Shown here one piece after another: positions 25,625 to 38,623 of a DNA stretch of 64,000 nucleotides; position 1 is the first letter of the stretch; each line of letters starts with the position of its first letter. The notes beneath the pieces are model-generated. The model searched no databases, was not told the DNA's origin, and saw only the letters and a program-made list of their open reading frames with translations. The stretch spans positions 129,036-193,035 of the forward strand of contig BDGG01000015.1 in assembly GCA_001949185.1 (NCBI GenBank), in the 5' to 3' direction. This stretch comes from Ramazzottius varieornatus. Lineage: Eukaryota; Animalia; Tardigrada. A program made the position numbers and the translations under genes.

Positions 25625-26616
25625 GGTCAGGACGATCAGACGCCGATCTCCGTTTTGATGCTTTCACCTGATAGGCAGGTTTGTTAGTTTACTATAAAGA
25701 GCAGGGAGAGATGGTATGAACCCCTCCTTGGAGCTGGAGAAAATCCTGAAAGCGTGCAGCCATTGTCTACCCGGTATAGCACATTGAGTTCTTGGGGAGT
25801 CTACTGGTCCTTGTATCACGGGTAGCATGGAGTCACCGGCAAAAAAAACGAAGTACTGTATTACCTCCGATAATTTATGTACGTCACAGCTATGTCTCTT
25901 GTAATGAAGTTTGCGATAAATCAAGCCGAAATCTCTTCTGCGTCAATGGAGTACGTCATTTCAGTTCTTTCTAGAGTAAACTCATCAGAAAACCGCCGGA
26001 AGTGCTATGGTCCAGTTTGTGATAGAAGCCTTTGACTGAACAGCTGATTCACTAGTACTAGTACCGGGCATGAGTCGGTACAGCTTTGCGCGATTGATTC
26101 ACCTTCTTGATTGACTCCAGAGACGTCATAGCCTCTTCGGCAAGTCAGCTATCGCAAACTCAGTATGTGTGTTCTTGTAGAAAACGTATCATTGACGTGC
26201 ATAAATTATCGGAGGTAATACAGCAAATGTAATCCTGAGCACCTTCGCTGTTTCAGGTAAGTCAAAGAGAGATTTCGATTTTCATAGCCATTTTCCTCAG
26301 AGACCACCACGGGAGAAAACATCGATGAAAATCGAAAATTTTTTTGCGCTGCCTGAAACCGTAGAAATGTTTGGGAGTATATTTACTTCGTTTTTGCTGC
26401 CGGTGACTTCATGCTACCCGTGATACAAGGACCAGTAGACTTCCCAAGAACTTTATGGTGCTATACGGGGTGGACAATGGCTGCACGCTTTCAGGATTTT
26501 CTCCAGCACCAAGGAGGGATTCATAGCATCTCTTCCTGTTTTTTTATAGTAAGCTAACAAACCTGCCTATCAGGTGAAAGCATCAAAACGAAGATCGGCG
26601 TCTGATCATCCTGACC
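25625..26616. mobile_element. Foldback (fully palindromic) element with a nested TA-flanked MITE at 25856-26223
   Basis: 25625-25855 is the reverse complement of ~26385-26616. After removing the CTGTATTACCTCCGATAATTT...AAATTATCGGAGGTAATACAG insert, the symmetry continues to a centre near 26305. Confidence 0.82.
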
Positions 26617-27025
26617 GGTCCCTCGTGAAATACCCACTTGACTTGGCTTCCGAAATCAAGCCCGGCTACCAGGTAGTTACACTTTTCCTCACACCGTTTT
26701 TTTGGGAGTTATAACGAAGCAAACTGTTTGACCAAGCCCTCCGCGAAAGGTTCTATTAAATAGTTTGGGTCACCTGCAAATTTTGTTTTAAACCGGAGAG
26801 TTCGATCTTTTCGTACTAGTACCTCGAAATTGTTTTAAATCCTCGGTATACCACTCTCAGTCCATAACCGGTAATTCAGGAGCTATATTTCAGCGAATTG
26901 TTCCACTGTGGTGTCCAGTTTCGGTCTCATATTTCTGGTAGTCCTGAGTCTTATCGGACTGACAAAAAAACACCCTCGAGATATTCTGTATCAGCTCAGG
27001 CGGACTGGACTGAACTGGATCGTAA

Positions 27026-27565
27026 TTAACACCTTGAGCACGGGGCAGGGAACTCACTTTCCCGGCGCACACTCATTTTTGTGTAGCGAGTTTCCAGTAT
27101 ACCTCTTGCTCCCCGTTTTTTTTCCGCCTGCCCAGACAATCAACTCTTCTTGAAACTAAAACTAGCGGCTACTGGACACTGGCTGTGCAAACCGGTGTGG
27201 ATTTGTTTCCCTTTCTCAACGGGATTTTGGTATGGCCAGCAAATTACTTTCCAGTCAGGCTCTCAGTCAGTCCAGAGTCACCAAAATAATTGTTGCGCGA
27301 GCCCAAACACTTTAGTATCTTGCGACAGTTTCAGATTCGTGGGAAGATCTGCCCAGTGGTCATTAAAAAAACTTTGAAGCCTGGCCGTTTTGATTTGGCA
27401 GGCGGCGCACTCTACATCATATTCCAAAATTTTGGCCAATCGATGAGGTGGTGATTGGTCTAATTTGGCACCGTCCCCAAGTTTTAACCAGTCAAAACAA
27501 GGCGAAGGTGACTTTCCCGCATCGTATTCTGAAAGCACGAAATCGCGCAGTGCTCAAGGTGTTAA
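27026..27565. mobile_element. TTAA-flanked piggyBac-like MITE (540 bp)
   Basis: Perfect TTAA-CACCTTGAGCAC ... GTGCTCAAGGTG-TTAA ends. Confidence 0.85.
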
Positions 27566-28843
27566 AATTACCCAAGCTATATTTCCCGAGATTAATGCTA
27601 TTAATAGTGTATTGAAGTATTCAGTCTCCGGTGGGGATGACTTCACGTCACGAACGAAGCGTTGTATTCAAACTTCTTTATTCGATTATCGAGTCGTATG
27701 CTATGCACGTGAAACTATCATTAAAAAACAGAAAACATCGCGGAAATTTTAAACCAGTTTTTCAAAGGAATTAAAACTGTCGGATTCGACAGTTTTGCTG
27801 GGGTTCTTCCACGGCGAAAATTATTGCTCTTGTTCGGAGAGGCGAATTCATGATTTCGACTACTTCTGTTATAGCTCGGTTCTGGTTCCAGTTGTCTTCA
27901 ACTAAAGTACCCTGAGACCTCCATGGAAAACTGAAAAAACAATTTCTGAAAACGGCCCTAAAAACTGCGAAAGTTGTAAGCCAGTTTGTTCTTTGCAACG
28001 TCTTCGGTTTTGTGCTGATTCGACTCAGTGTGGATAGATTTTAAGCCAGTAATTTCTCAAGAGGTATCAAAAAGGATGTTGAACCAAGGAAAACCAGTTT
28101 CAAAGTTGAGCAGTAAGGTGGTTAGGTGGTAATAACCTAGTAATACCCTGTAGGGGAAAAACGGTTGGTCAGCTGGCAAGAAAGACGTAACCTTAGATCG
28201 CCAATCTCTGTTGAGAAACACGTTAATTTAAAATTGATATAAATTATAACCGTTGTTTTCCTCGGGGGACCAGTCGTACATGTTGATAAACCGTAGAGGG
28301 TACGGGTCATGGATGCAGTACTGAGAGCCTGGGACGCCTGCAAATCGAAACGTCAAGCACAGTGGCGTTAAGATGGCAGGCAGGAATAGGTTTGACGCAC
28401 GAGTCCACCAGGAAACGCGGTCGCGCTTGGCCCAATCTTTTCGGACCCGCTGTCCATACACTCGTGTTCCTGGCGCTGTTTGCTTTCGACGAAGCACGAC
28501 GTTCCACATTGATCGTCTCGCGAGTACCTGCTGCTGACTGCAAGTAGTCGTAGTTCGCGCAAGTGCTCGTTGAGCAACTAACCTTGGGGTTACTTCTTTT
28601 TTTCCCGTCCTAATGGATAAAAACCAAGGCGCCTACCGACCTTATTGCAGATCCAAACTGGACCATATCAAACATATTCTTGCACCAAGGCATATTCGTG
28701 CATAATTCAGGCACCGGCTCGCAAGTATGAGTGACTCTCCTTAGCCATCTTTACAAAAATCTTGACTCGTCCCGGATCGCGTGTTCTAAACTCTTAGTAC
28801 AGTCTACCTGAATACATCCTCACTTTTGCCTCACTTCAAAATG

Positions 28844-29313
28844 TACGAGGTAACCGGCATGTAGATTACAAGTCGGAAATGCCGGCGTGAAGATTACAAC
28901 CCAGCATTGTTTTCCATGCTTGATTGTCTGATCTTAGTACACCTCATGGGCTCTTTAACATTGCGCGACATCCCTCTCTATTTCAAGGCTCATATCTCCC
29001 GAGTTCGACTCCTGTTTTGCCCTCTAAAGGTTTGTAAAGAATGGGAACAAGTTTTTTCTAAATTAAATTAACCAAGAAATACGAGCTTGAAACAGAGAAA
29101 GCCAAAATCGAGACTCGTAATTACCACGCCGGACTTTTTGACTTGTACTGTAATGCTTCATGAACTTGACGAAGCGAGTCATCATACGCGCGAAACTTCC
29201 CTTAGGGGATCGGTAGGGCAAAATTTCCGGACCGGGGTTCAACTATACGCGTATGAGAACTCATTCGCCAAGTTCATGAAGCATACAGTAATCTCCATGC
29301 CGGTTACCTTGTA
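28844..29313. mobile_element. Mariner-like MITE inserted in the RT remnant; carries a second MITE (29146-29290) in its right TIR
   Basis: TA-CGAGGTAACCGGCATGTAGATTACAAGTC / GACTTGTA[insert]ATCTCCATGCCGGTTACCTTG-TA. Inner TIRs are TACTGTAATGCTTCATGAACTTG / CAAGTTCATGAAGCATACAGTA. Confidence 0.82.
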
Positions 29314-29497
29314 CAGACAATTTATTCGCTCTTCCGTCAAGTGCCTAGGTTGTTATTTAATCAGCGAATCTTTCCATGATATTTGCAATCTCCTAACCTA
29401 CAAAGCGAGCCACAGGCGAGCCTTTTTCTTTTATTTCTCATTTGTGCCGCAGCGGGGCCTGATCGTCAGTACTACTGCTTCATCCGGAATTCTCCCT

Positions 29498-29733
29498 TAC
29501 AGTCTGAGGGGGCCAAGTGACTACCACTTGAAACAAAGCGCTATAATAAATAGTGCACGTCTTTTCCACCCAGTCCTTCACACTTTTCATACAACATTCA
29601 AGCAGTTTCCATTGGATTGTATTATAGTGAAGAGGAAGTTGAATCAGGGAAACTTAGTCTCGAAGTCGAGCAACAACTGGTCCAGAGCACCCTAGTCATA
29701 CAGGTGGTAGTCACTTGGCCCCCTCAGAGAGCA
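29498..29733. mobile_element. Tc1-like MITE (solo end also at ~21638-21670)
   Basis: TCTGAGGGGGCCAAGTGACTACCAC / GTGGTAGTCACTTGGCCCCCTCAGA perfect inverted pair. Confidence 0.8.
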
Positions 29734-29999
29734 TATAAAAGATAAACGGTTAGGCAGGGGATGTTGCACTTTAACTTGGTGTCCTGTGCCGTAATACGTG
29801 CTGCTCTCTACAATACAGAAGTTGATATTTGGTGAGCCAGCAACCGAAGCGTCGTCTCGGCCTCTATCTCGCATAAACTTTTTCGATTCTTCCCGTAAAC
29901 AAACCAATCTATACGGTTTCACCAAAGTACTTTCTGGAAACGGTTTTCTTCTACTTTGGATTTTGCCGAGATTTTGCTCCATCATCGTTCCATAAAAAA

Positions 30000-30720
30000 G
30001 TGGCGCCCTCTACTGCTCATGTTTATCTTTCCGCTATCAATAATTCTCTCGAAGAACATGGTCTTCCTTCCCTCGATGATAAATTTATCTTGTCATGCGC
30101 ATTGAAAGGTTACTCCCGTTTTTCTTCCCGTCAGATTGACCAACGGCGACCCATAACCATGTCAATCATGGCTCACATCAAGTCCACCCTGCGCCATTCC
30201 TCCCTTTGTCCAGATGTCCAACGTCTGTACTGGTGTGCCTGCTGCTTTGGCTTCTTTGGCTTCCTCCGCGCCTCCGAATTTACCACTGCTCCCCATTCCT
30301 CCTTCCAATCTTCTCAACACACCCTCATATTCCACAACATCACAACGACGGCTGACCGATCACTGGTCCTACACCTTCCTCATTCCAAATTCGCTTCCAA
30401 CGAACGCATCGTACTCTTACCGACAGACCGCTCAATCTGTCCCTTCCGAGCCTACATGTCCTACCTTCCGTTCCGCCGAGAGCTCGACGACCAGTACCCG
30501 CCTTTCTTCATGTTTCCTGACAAGAGCTTTCTATCCTACACCATCTTTAACTCGGCTATCAAAAGCTTTCTTCAGGACCTTTCTGATTCCCATTTGTGCA
30601 GTACTCACAGCTTCCGCATCGGTGCTGCCACCTCTGCTTCCGCCACGGTACCTCGGACGCCATCTTCCAGAAGACAGGTCGATGAAAGAGCCAAGTCTAC
30701 CGGGGTTACACACGTCCTTC
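30000..30720 (+). pseudogene. Tyrosine recombinase (phage-integrase family) of the retroelement, frameshifted
   Basis: STAHVYLSAI (N-terminal SAM-like), FFGFLRASE (Arg), HLPHSK (Lys) and THSFRIGAAT (HxxR). After a frameshift it reads GR*KSQVYRGY, i.e. the GRWxS..Y..Y motif with TGG changed to TGA. Confidence 0.88.
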
Positions 30721-33700
30721 TTCTCCGGCTCGCCAGATCCAACATTTCTAGCGTCTTCTGTTCTTTTCTGGCCTTTTTGGGAGTGTTGCGATTTGCAAGC
30801 TTCCATATCGCCACCCGTTTTCGCGTTCGTTCCTACACTATTATCGTATTTTAAAGCGAAAGGAAGTAGTTAATAGAAGATAAGCACAGCTTATTTGCGG
30901 TTAACTGTGGAGCGACTTCCTCCTCCTCTGAGTTTCCTTCTCATATTTCGCTTCGTACGCACTCGAAGTGAACGTTCGAGTTAGCCTATCTTGACCATGG
31001 CCATCGATGACCAAGTCGTCTCTCGATTCATTCTTGATTCTGCGAGCTCCTCGCATTTTGTCCTCCTACCCTCCCCTTCATTCTTGTGGTTCTTCGTTAT
31101 CAATTAATAACCACCGCTGGGAGTCTTGCGATATGCAAGCTTCCATATCGCCAGCCGTTTCCGCGTTCGTTCCCCTATTATTATCGTATTTTGGAGCGAA
31201 AGGAATAGGTAACAACAGTTTATCCTGATTTACCAGGCTGTGTAATTCATCCAAAGATCCGGTGCGAATTGTCGGTACGTTCGAGTGATATGAAGCACTA
31301 CTGAGTCGACCAAGAACCCATAATAGGCCAAAGTTGACCAGTTCGAGTTTTCGGTTTTCTGGAACGCCGAGAGTGTCGCTCTGGCTTTTTTCCGCACAGA
31401 TTGCGCGCGATCTTTGGGTATTTCAATCGTTGTCTCAGTCTTTACTCCAATACACGAATGTCCATAAGAGTCTCCCACAGATGCCACTTCAACCCATCCT
31501 TCAACGCACTGCATCTGCGTATATCCCTTTGGTCCTTCAAGCCGTGGTCTTTTTTCCAACATAGCTGTCCGACGAGATATTTTTGCCTAAAATGTACACC
31601 ACAGTATAAGCCAGACTTTGCACAAAGTGTCAGCCGCTAATGCAGTGCAAATGTTTTCTTTCAACGTCTAATAGATTACAAATGTAAGGAGCTAATATTA
31701 GAGGCAGCATCTTCCCGTGTCACTTCCGTCATGTCTTTTTGGTGTCTGTCTGTGGACGGGATTAGATCCACGTGCTGGAGTCGGTCGGTTCCCAGCCTTT
31801 TTCAGCTGAATATGGCTGCATAAATATTTTTGTTAGCTGGAAGTTCTATTGGTCACCGATGTGATGGCTATGGCGGGGAAACCTGAAGGGAGGGGTTCAC
31901 GAAATGCCAGGAACCCGCAACGGCAGTCGGCAGCAACACCCATTCACTTTCAGCGTCGCAGAGGAGCGTACTACAGCGGAGGGAAGAAACGTGTTCAGAA
32001 AACCTAAGTAAAGAAGCGGATGTTTTTGTACGGCGAGCGTGGATTCGTGTACGAGCCGAGATTGTGTATTTTGGACGGACAGTTTTGTACTCGACAGCAT
32101 CGTCAAAGAGTTGGATTACTGTGGCACCAACACTGTTTATCGATGGGCACGCGAGGCAGGCTGTGACAACTGGCATGCAGGAAGGAGAACGCAAGCAGGA
32201 AGGAAGGAAGGACGGCCGGCGAAATATGACTACGAGATTTATTTTCGAGTTTATTTAGTGGGTTCGCTGCCGTGATGCAGAAGGAAGAGACCTCATCGAC
32301 AGCGTTTGAGTTTAGTGCCCGGACAATCTATCGTATCTATCCATCCTTTACTTGTATGTTGACAATAAACTCACTTCACGCTGGCTGGACAAGCTGAATC
32401 GGCAAATTATCCTACAGCGCTCCATAACTCTCCCTTATTGCTCCCAGCTATCCCAAGACTAACACGCCGCTCATCCGTAAATGCCACTCAACTAATATCA
32501 TCGCCCTCCATTGCACCATCATTTCTGTGGAATATAGAGGATTATCCACTTTTATTGCCTTCCCTCACTTCCGGCTTCAGACGACGCGCTTTGAATAACA
32601 AAAAGATCCATTCCGATCATTCTATCGGAACTTTTCTCGACTTGTCTTGCATGGAGAATTCATAGGCAAGTCAACAATACATTTGTGCGAACTGGGAAAC
32701 CACGAACTTCGGTTGAGGTTAAAAATATCCACATGCCTATGGATCATAACGGATATAATGCAAGTACACCGAAAATATTTGAATATCGCTCTGCAAAGAA
32801 AAAGAACGCTTTCTATCGTCTATAGAGAAGAAATCGAAAGGTGCAAACTATGGTTTTGTACTCAGCAGATCGTTTCAACGAAGCATTACACATTTTTCTA
32901 ATCGAAAATCAATTGTCGTTGTCGGTGAAGTCATCAGCTTACAAAAGCCAAATCGAACTACCCGTAGAAAATCTGATGAATTTAACGACAAGGCTAATAT
33001 GATTCCGATACTAACTGCCTCATTTAGTAGAAGTAGCCCGCTCTCTCGATTTTTTCTTACGGGCTTCTCTACAGTAGACTAGCGTGCCTCACAACCTCGC
33101 GAAGAAAGGGGGTAATTGGGGGATGATTGGTGACAAATCAGCTCTGTGTAATCCTAAAGTTGGCTTTATGCGGATTTGCTGAACAAAACACCGTGGGCTG
33201 TGTGACGGAAGTGTAAGCTGGAGGAAGAAGACGAGCAAGCTTGCTGTTGTTTAGTTAATGGCGCCTGCTGTGCATGTTATGCTTGACCTGACGGGCGTCG
33301 CACGCCGCCCCGCCGAAAACGGCACACGTAAGACACTTCCGGACCGCGGAAGTCCACGCTTGTTGCTGTGCGATACTTTGTCAGCTTCCCATCCCATTTT
33401 TTGTCGTCTAGCTCCAACACAATACGAGAGAACAAATGAACGAGACGGAAGTGCAGTATGGGCAGGAGGCAAAAACTCTCTGAGAAAGCATGGGCTCTAA
33501 GTTGATTAGAAGATCAACCAAGCATCCGCTTTCTCCGTTGACAATCGCCAAAGAAAATGGATTACTGGCGAATTTTCCACTTGATTGACTCTTGGCCTCT
33601 TTGGAGAGGAACGTCTTGCGTAGAGTGCTGTTCGACTTGGCCATGCCTCACGATAATGTATTGAGTCCATTAATTTCCCTCTTTTGTACCCAAGTGTCAG

Positions 33701-35099
33701 ACCACGCTCTACTGCCACAGTCAAGTGTATCCTCTGAATGAAAACGTGGGTCTTTGTGAAGGGTTTCGAGGTTCTTCGGTTCACATCCTGAGGTGAGGAT
33801 CGCTTATCACTGTCACCTGCGACCCGGCGACACGCAAGGACCCCACACGCTAGACGATTCCGGCAGGTTAAGGAGAAAACGTTTCATCATTCTGTTTCCT
33901 GTCAAGCCAGATGCGTATGTGCCGTTGCAATTAAATTCCCGAGAAGCCTTCAAGGAGAGCTGTGTGGTACTAGACATTATTTTCATTTGCCAGAAGATGA
34001 ACTACTTGGCTCTATCAGTCTCGTGAACCAAGTTGAGGAGTTCGCTCCACTGTTTACACTAGCGCCGGTTTCAATCGATAGCGAAAACTGTCTGGCGTAG
34101 CGAAAACGATCGAAAGAAATACTTTGGTGTTCCATAAACACTGTACCATCGCTAGTTCGTGGCATATTCAAACTCCGACAATCTGAAGCTTCCATCACAG
34201 CCGTTTCTCCCTTTGTGGAGCAAGAAGCCACCACATCATCCATATCTGCTGAAGATAAACATTAGTTTACCGAATCGAGCTGCAAGGCTTTGATTGATCT
34301 CCTGACGAAAATTAACTTGTGGTGCCCCACTTTTCGGTATAGCTTGGGGCGTAAGAAAAGTCGCTGGTGGATCGGAAATCTGGCTTGATCTTACGTAAAG
34401 CTAAACAAAGTCAGAGAGGGAAGATTGCGGTGCTGAAGGCAATGCGAGTAAAGAGTGCTTAACGTCACGCTTTAACCTTGAAGCCATTAATAATCGATGA
34501 GCTTCATAATTTGCTTGTGGATATTCATCGCCATTTGAGCCCAACAGTTGCCGAATACTCCGTCATGGCAGTCGAGTCGGAGATTATCACTGGCCATGTT
34601 ATGATGGGCCCAATGCAACAAGACATATTTGACTGATGACGCTTCTTTTCTTTCAGCTATTTCCAGACTGGCATTCGCCATTAATTAGCCATCCACGGCA
34701 GCCGATGAAAGGCGCGCAAGTGCTGCTCACAACGAGCCGTCGTTTACAACGTTGGATCGAGAGTATCATTCGGCGTACGAGAGGAACCGCATATTCGGAC
34801 ATTTGGCACTCGAGCTTGGTGGGAGGAAAAAGATCCGAGACTTTGCTGAATGGAACTCTGTTTCCCATCAAATGCTGACATTTGCCAACATCAACGGCAG
34901 ATTTGGCCATGAAGGTCGCACTTTGCTTTTCATCATGGCACATTGTTGTTTTCCCATTACGTTATAGCCGGCTCGACCAGCAGCCATGTCGTGAAGAACC
35001 AAGGCGGAAGTATCGATCAACTGGCCACTTTGCGCTAATACAGGCAAAGTCTGGCCGGTTCTCCCATCTTCTCCATCCCTGTCTTTTCCTTTCAACGCA

Positions 35100-37492
35100 A
35101 TGAATGTAACCACTTTGTTGCCAGATGTTTTGCGTTTGGGTGCTAGTACGGCAATAAGTGTCGATCAAAGCCTCAACCAAACCGAGAAATTCCATGAACC
35201 GCCATTTTCCTTCGCACAGTCCGTTCTGCTGGGAATATTCTCCGGGTTGTTTGCCATTGTTACAGCTGGCGGGAATATTTTGGTCATGTTGTCCTTGCGT
35301 ATCGACAAGCAGCTGCGGACCATCACCAATTATTTTCTGTTGTCGTTGGCTTTTGCCGATTTGATGATCGGACTAATATCGATGCCGCTCTTCACTCTCT
35401 ACTTTCTGCTGGGATACTGGCCTTTGGGTCCTGTCATATGTGACAGCTGGCTGGCCGCCGATTACCTCATGAGTAACGCTTCCGTTCTAAATTTGCTCAT
35501 TATCAGCTTCGACCGATACTTGTCCATCACGCGGCCACTGACGTACCGGGCGCGGCGAACCACGCGTCGCGCTGTCTTCATGATTGCCGCTGCCTGGATT
35601 ATCTCGCTCATTTTATGGCCACCCTGGATATTTGCATGGCCGCATATCGAAGGTATGTGTTTCGGGGTTCTCCACGTAGTGTGTCCAGAACGGACAGACT
35701 GCGCCGCAGTACGAATTAATTGGATAAGCGGCTGTGTACAACACAAATTAACGTCTCCTACCCAACTTAGTGCTTGATTGGTTTATTGACCGCGCGTTCA
35801 AACATGGCATGCAGTAGTATGGCCGCAACTGCTAACCAAACTTCGAGTCTGGTAGGAGACGTTGGTATGCCTTGTATTATAGGGCGCACGAACCGGCCTT
35901 GCGCACTGAAACTTTGTGACAGTAGGAACCGACCATAGAAACAACGATAAACCCGATATCGTTCTTTGTTTGACATCTGGCTCGGTTCGGACAGTCGTAG
36001 AGATCCTTACTGGCATGGAAGATTGTTGGGTTGGGGCGTCAAGGAACCTCTAGCATACGGCGGCCCGATCGGATAAATCATTGAAATTTGATTGCGACAG
36101 TGTGGTAATTCGGACATGCCACCCGCATTTTCGCCTGCTTTCTGATTATGTAAGCGACAGGGATTTGTGTTTGCAGGCGAGCGAAAAGTTAAAGAGGACC
36201 AATGCTACATTCAGTTTTTGGGAACGAATCCCTATATTACGGTTGGGACTGCACTAGCTGCCTTCTACGTTCCTGCGACTGGTAAGTCACACAAATCGAA
36301 GCAGAGTTTTGGTGTGGAAATTAACCACGCGCGCCATCTATAGTTGAACTGAAGTCAAGATCAGAATTTTGAATTGATGCTCTAAGAATTACTTCAGAAA
36401 TGTAATTCGATCGAGAAAAGACAGATGATTGTCAGATGTTGTTGTGTTTTAGTTATGACCATTTTATATATCAAAATCTGGAACGAGACCCAGCAACGTC
36501 AGCGGGATCTGGAGCATTTGACCGCGGGTCGAAAGACCCTAGCTGCACCACAGATCAGTTTGCAAAAGTCCACTTCCAGTTCTGACGAGATCGCCAACCA
36601 AATTTCTCCTGCTCAAGCTCTCCCTCGTAAAGCATCCGCTACCCTGTCCGTGAACGACGTCCCTGCTGCTGACTTGACTCCCCGGCCACTATGGAGGCGG
36701 CTGTGCCACTGTTGCAAGATTGACCGCGATCCCGTAGATTACATCGAAGATGAGAGCACGGACGAGATGGACAACGCCAACACCGCAGTCACAACTGAAC
36801 AGACCACCAGTCGCTTGACCGTTAACAGGATAAATCCCGTGGACAAGGCTGTGCTGGAAGGTACCAACGGCTCACTGGCGCCGCTGATGCAAACGCGGGC
36901 CCAAATGCTCAACGACCCGACTATCGATTCTGAGACCTACACTATCCTCATCACTTTTCCCGAAGCCGTCGTTCATTTGTCCAACAGGCCGGTCATTGAG
37001 GAAATGCGGATGGATTCAGTGGACATTGAGGAGATATCGATACCGCGGTCGAGGATGCCGAGCAACGCGACACCTAGTAGCGTACCCTCGTCGTTACGCA
37101 ACAAACGCCCCAGTCAGCCCGCTGGCGTGCTCAACATGACGCTGCAACAAGCCCAACACAATAACAAGAGTGCCTCCAAAAGTCGCTTCCCACAAGCTCA
37201 AAAGAAACGCTGGGTGGAGAAGAAGCAGGATAAGAAGGCAGCCAAAACGCTCAGCGCTATCCTTTTTGCCTTCATCATTACCTGGACTCCATACAATGTC
37301 TTCGTGCTCATCAACGCGTTCTCTCCCGATTTCATACCAGAGCTGCTCTTCAATATTAGCTATTATTTGTGTTATATTAATAGTACCGTCAATCCGATCT
37401 GCTATGCCTTATGTAATGCCAACTTCCGAAAGACTTATGTTAGAATACTCTGCTGTCGCCAGACTCGCAATAACAGCAGTGCCTTTTCTTAG
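35100..37492 (+). CDS. mAChR-A: Muscarinic acetylcholine receptor, A-type (M1/M3/M5-like); exons 35100-35652, 36177-36281, 36453-37492; ~565 aa
   Basis: 7TM class A motifs [24 protein letters not shown] (Asp3.32), SFDRY, ECL2 [29 protein letters not shown] and NSTVNPICY. Canonical phase-1 GT-AG junctions join in frame. Confidence 0.95.
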
Positions 37493-38471
37493 CGACAATG
37501 CATACTTTAGAACACAAGAAATTATTTGCGGAGAACTACCAGACTGATTCAAGATTTGACCAATAAAACTGTCTAGTTACCCAATACCTACTGCTGACGA
37601 AAAGCTTTGGAATCCGCGTGATTAGGGCATGTTACTATCATGGTAGAAAATGTAACCAGAACCAGGAGCTCTTTACCTGGAAAAAATGCCGAGAAAAATA
37701 TGTTGAGCAGACACGTGTACCAGGAGGAAGATTGCCCTGCTCATTGTCAAAATTGCATATCGAGTCTTCTGATTGTGAGTTTTGGGTAGCGGATATTTCT
37801 TTTCAGTGCTCTGAAACTTGGCAAACCAACTCGATCACACCGTTTTCCCGTGGGCGTGTGCCGCTAACCGATATCAAAAAACACGTGCGCCAGTTGGGAA
37901 AGCGATCTTGCCGTACTGGTTCGCGGAGCTCCCGCTTGGTTTCTTCCGCTCGGTCGTTCGAAACGGTACGTGGGCCGTAGGCATCAAAGCTTGTGAGGTG
38001 TGGAACAAACATTTTCCCCAGCGCGTGCACTTAGACAATACGGGTTAAACTTCACCAATGATCGTTCGGGATAATTCCGTTTTTTGAGATGAAAGGTTGC
38101 GTCCTCGGCTTATGTCGGTAATCTTTTATGTGTACAGGACCCGGAAGAATTAAGGAGTCAGCTGATGACCGATCGAAAGCTCGGCCTGGTGCTGTCTCCC
38201 TCTGTCTCAGTGACTCGCGAAGAGTAGCGCAGTCAACTAGTCCAGCGCGCTCGATTATCATCCAAGAAACAATGGATCAAGATAAGGGTGATTCCATTTT
38301 TTGTGCCTCCAAAAAAGCGGCTGCCACAGCTCCAATTGACCCTTTGCATAACATCGAGGGTCCTTCGTAACGTTTTCGACTGCTGTTTGCCCCTGTAGAG
38401 ATGCCCAGCACAACGCCAAGCTCAAAGTTGAGCCTGTTTTCCCCATGAAACTCGTCCGGTGGTCTAACAAG

Positions 38472-38511
38472 TATAAAAGTCCGCATACCGGCATTGGGCA
38501 ATCTGTCAGTT
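38472..38511 (+). promoter_or_regulatory. Candidate TATA box plus initiator for the YSAP-repeat gene
   Basis: TATAAAAG at 38472 and TCAGTT at 38506, ~115 bp upstream of the ATG. The spacing is slightly longer than canonical. Confidence 0.5.
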
Positions 38512-38623
38512 CACATTCTACCTAGCTCAGCGAAGACTTGTGCCAACAGTTTAGCTCTCCCTCCAAATCGACCCTCATTCCCTTTCCCCGCTCCATCCAG
38601 GAAATTTTGCGTGTCTATTCAAG

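Larger units (their letters stand above)
28580..31210 (+). mobile_element. Decayed tyrosine-recombinase (DIRS-order, Ngaro/PAT-type) retrotransposon, 5'-truncated
   Basis: Degenerate RT remnants (GMSDSP.xIFTKIL and a VYL(D)DILTFA-like segment at ~28725-28830; VKCLG at ~29340), then a YR ORF, then a 3' direct-repeat pair (30778-30865 and 31118-31205). Confidence 0.8.

Noticed and set aside
29087-29695. 202-aa plus-strand ORF
   Set aside because: It runs through nested MITEs and RT remnants; a chance open frame.
30000-30854. Phage integrase or horizontal transfer from bacteria
   Set aside because: HSFRIGAAT and GRWxS motifs, upstream RT remnants and the split direct repeats indicate a eukaryotic YR retrotransposon.
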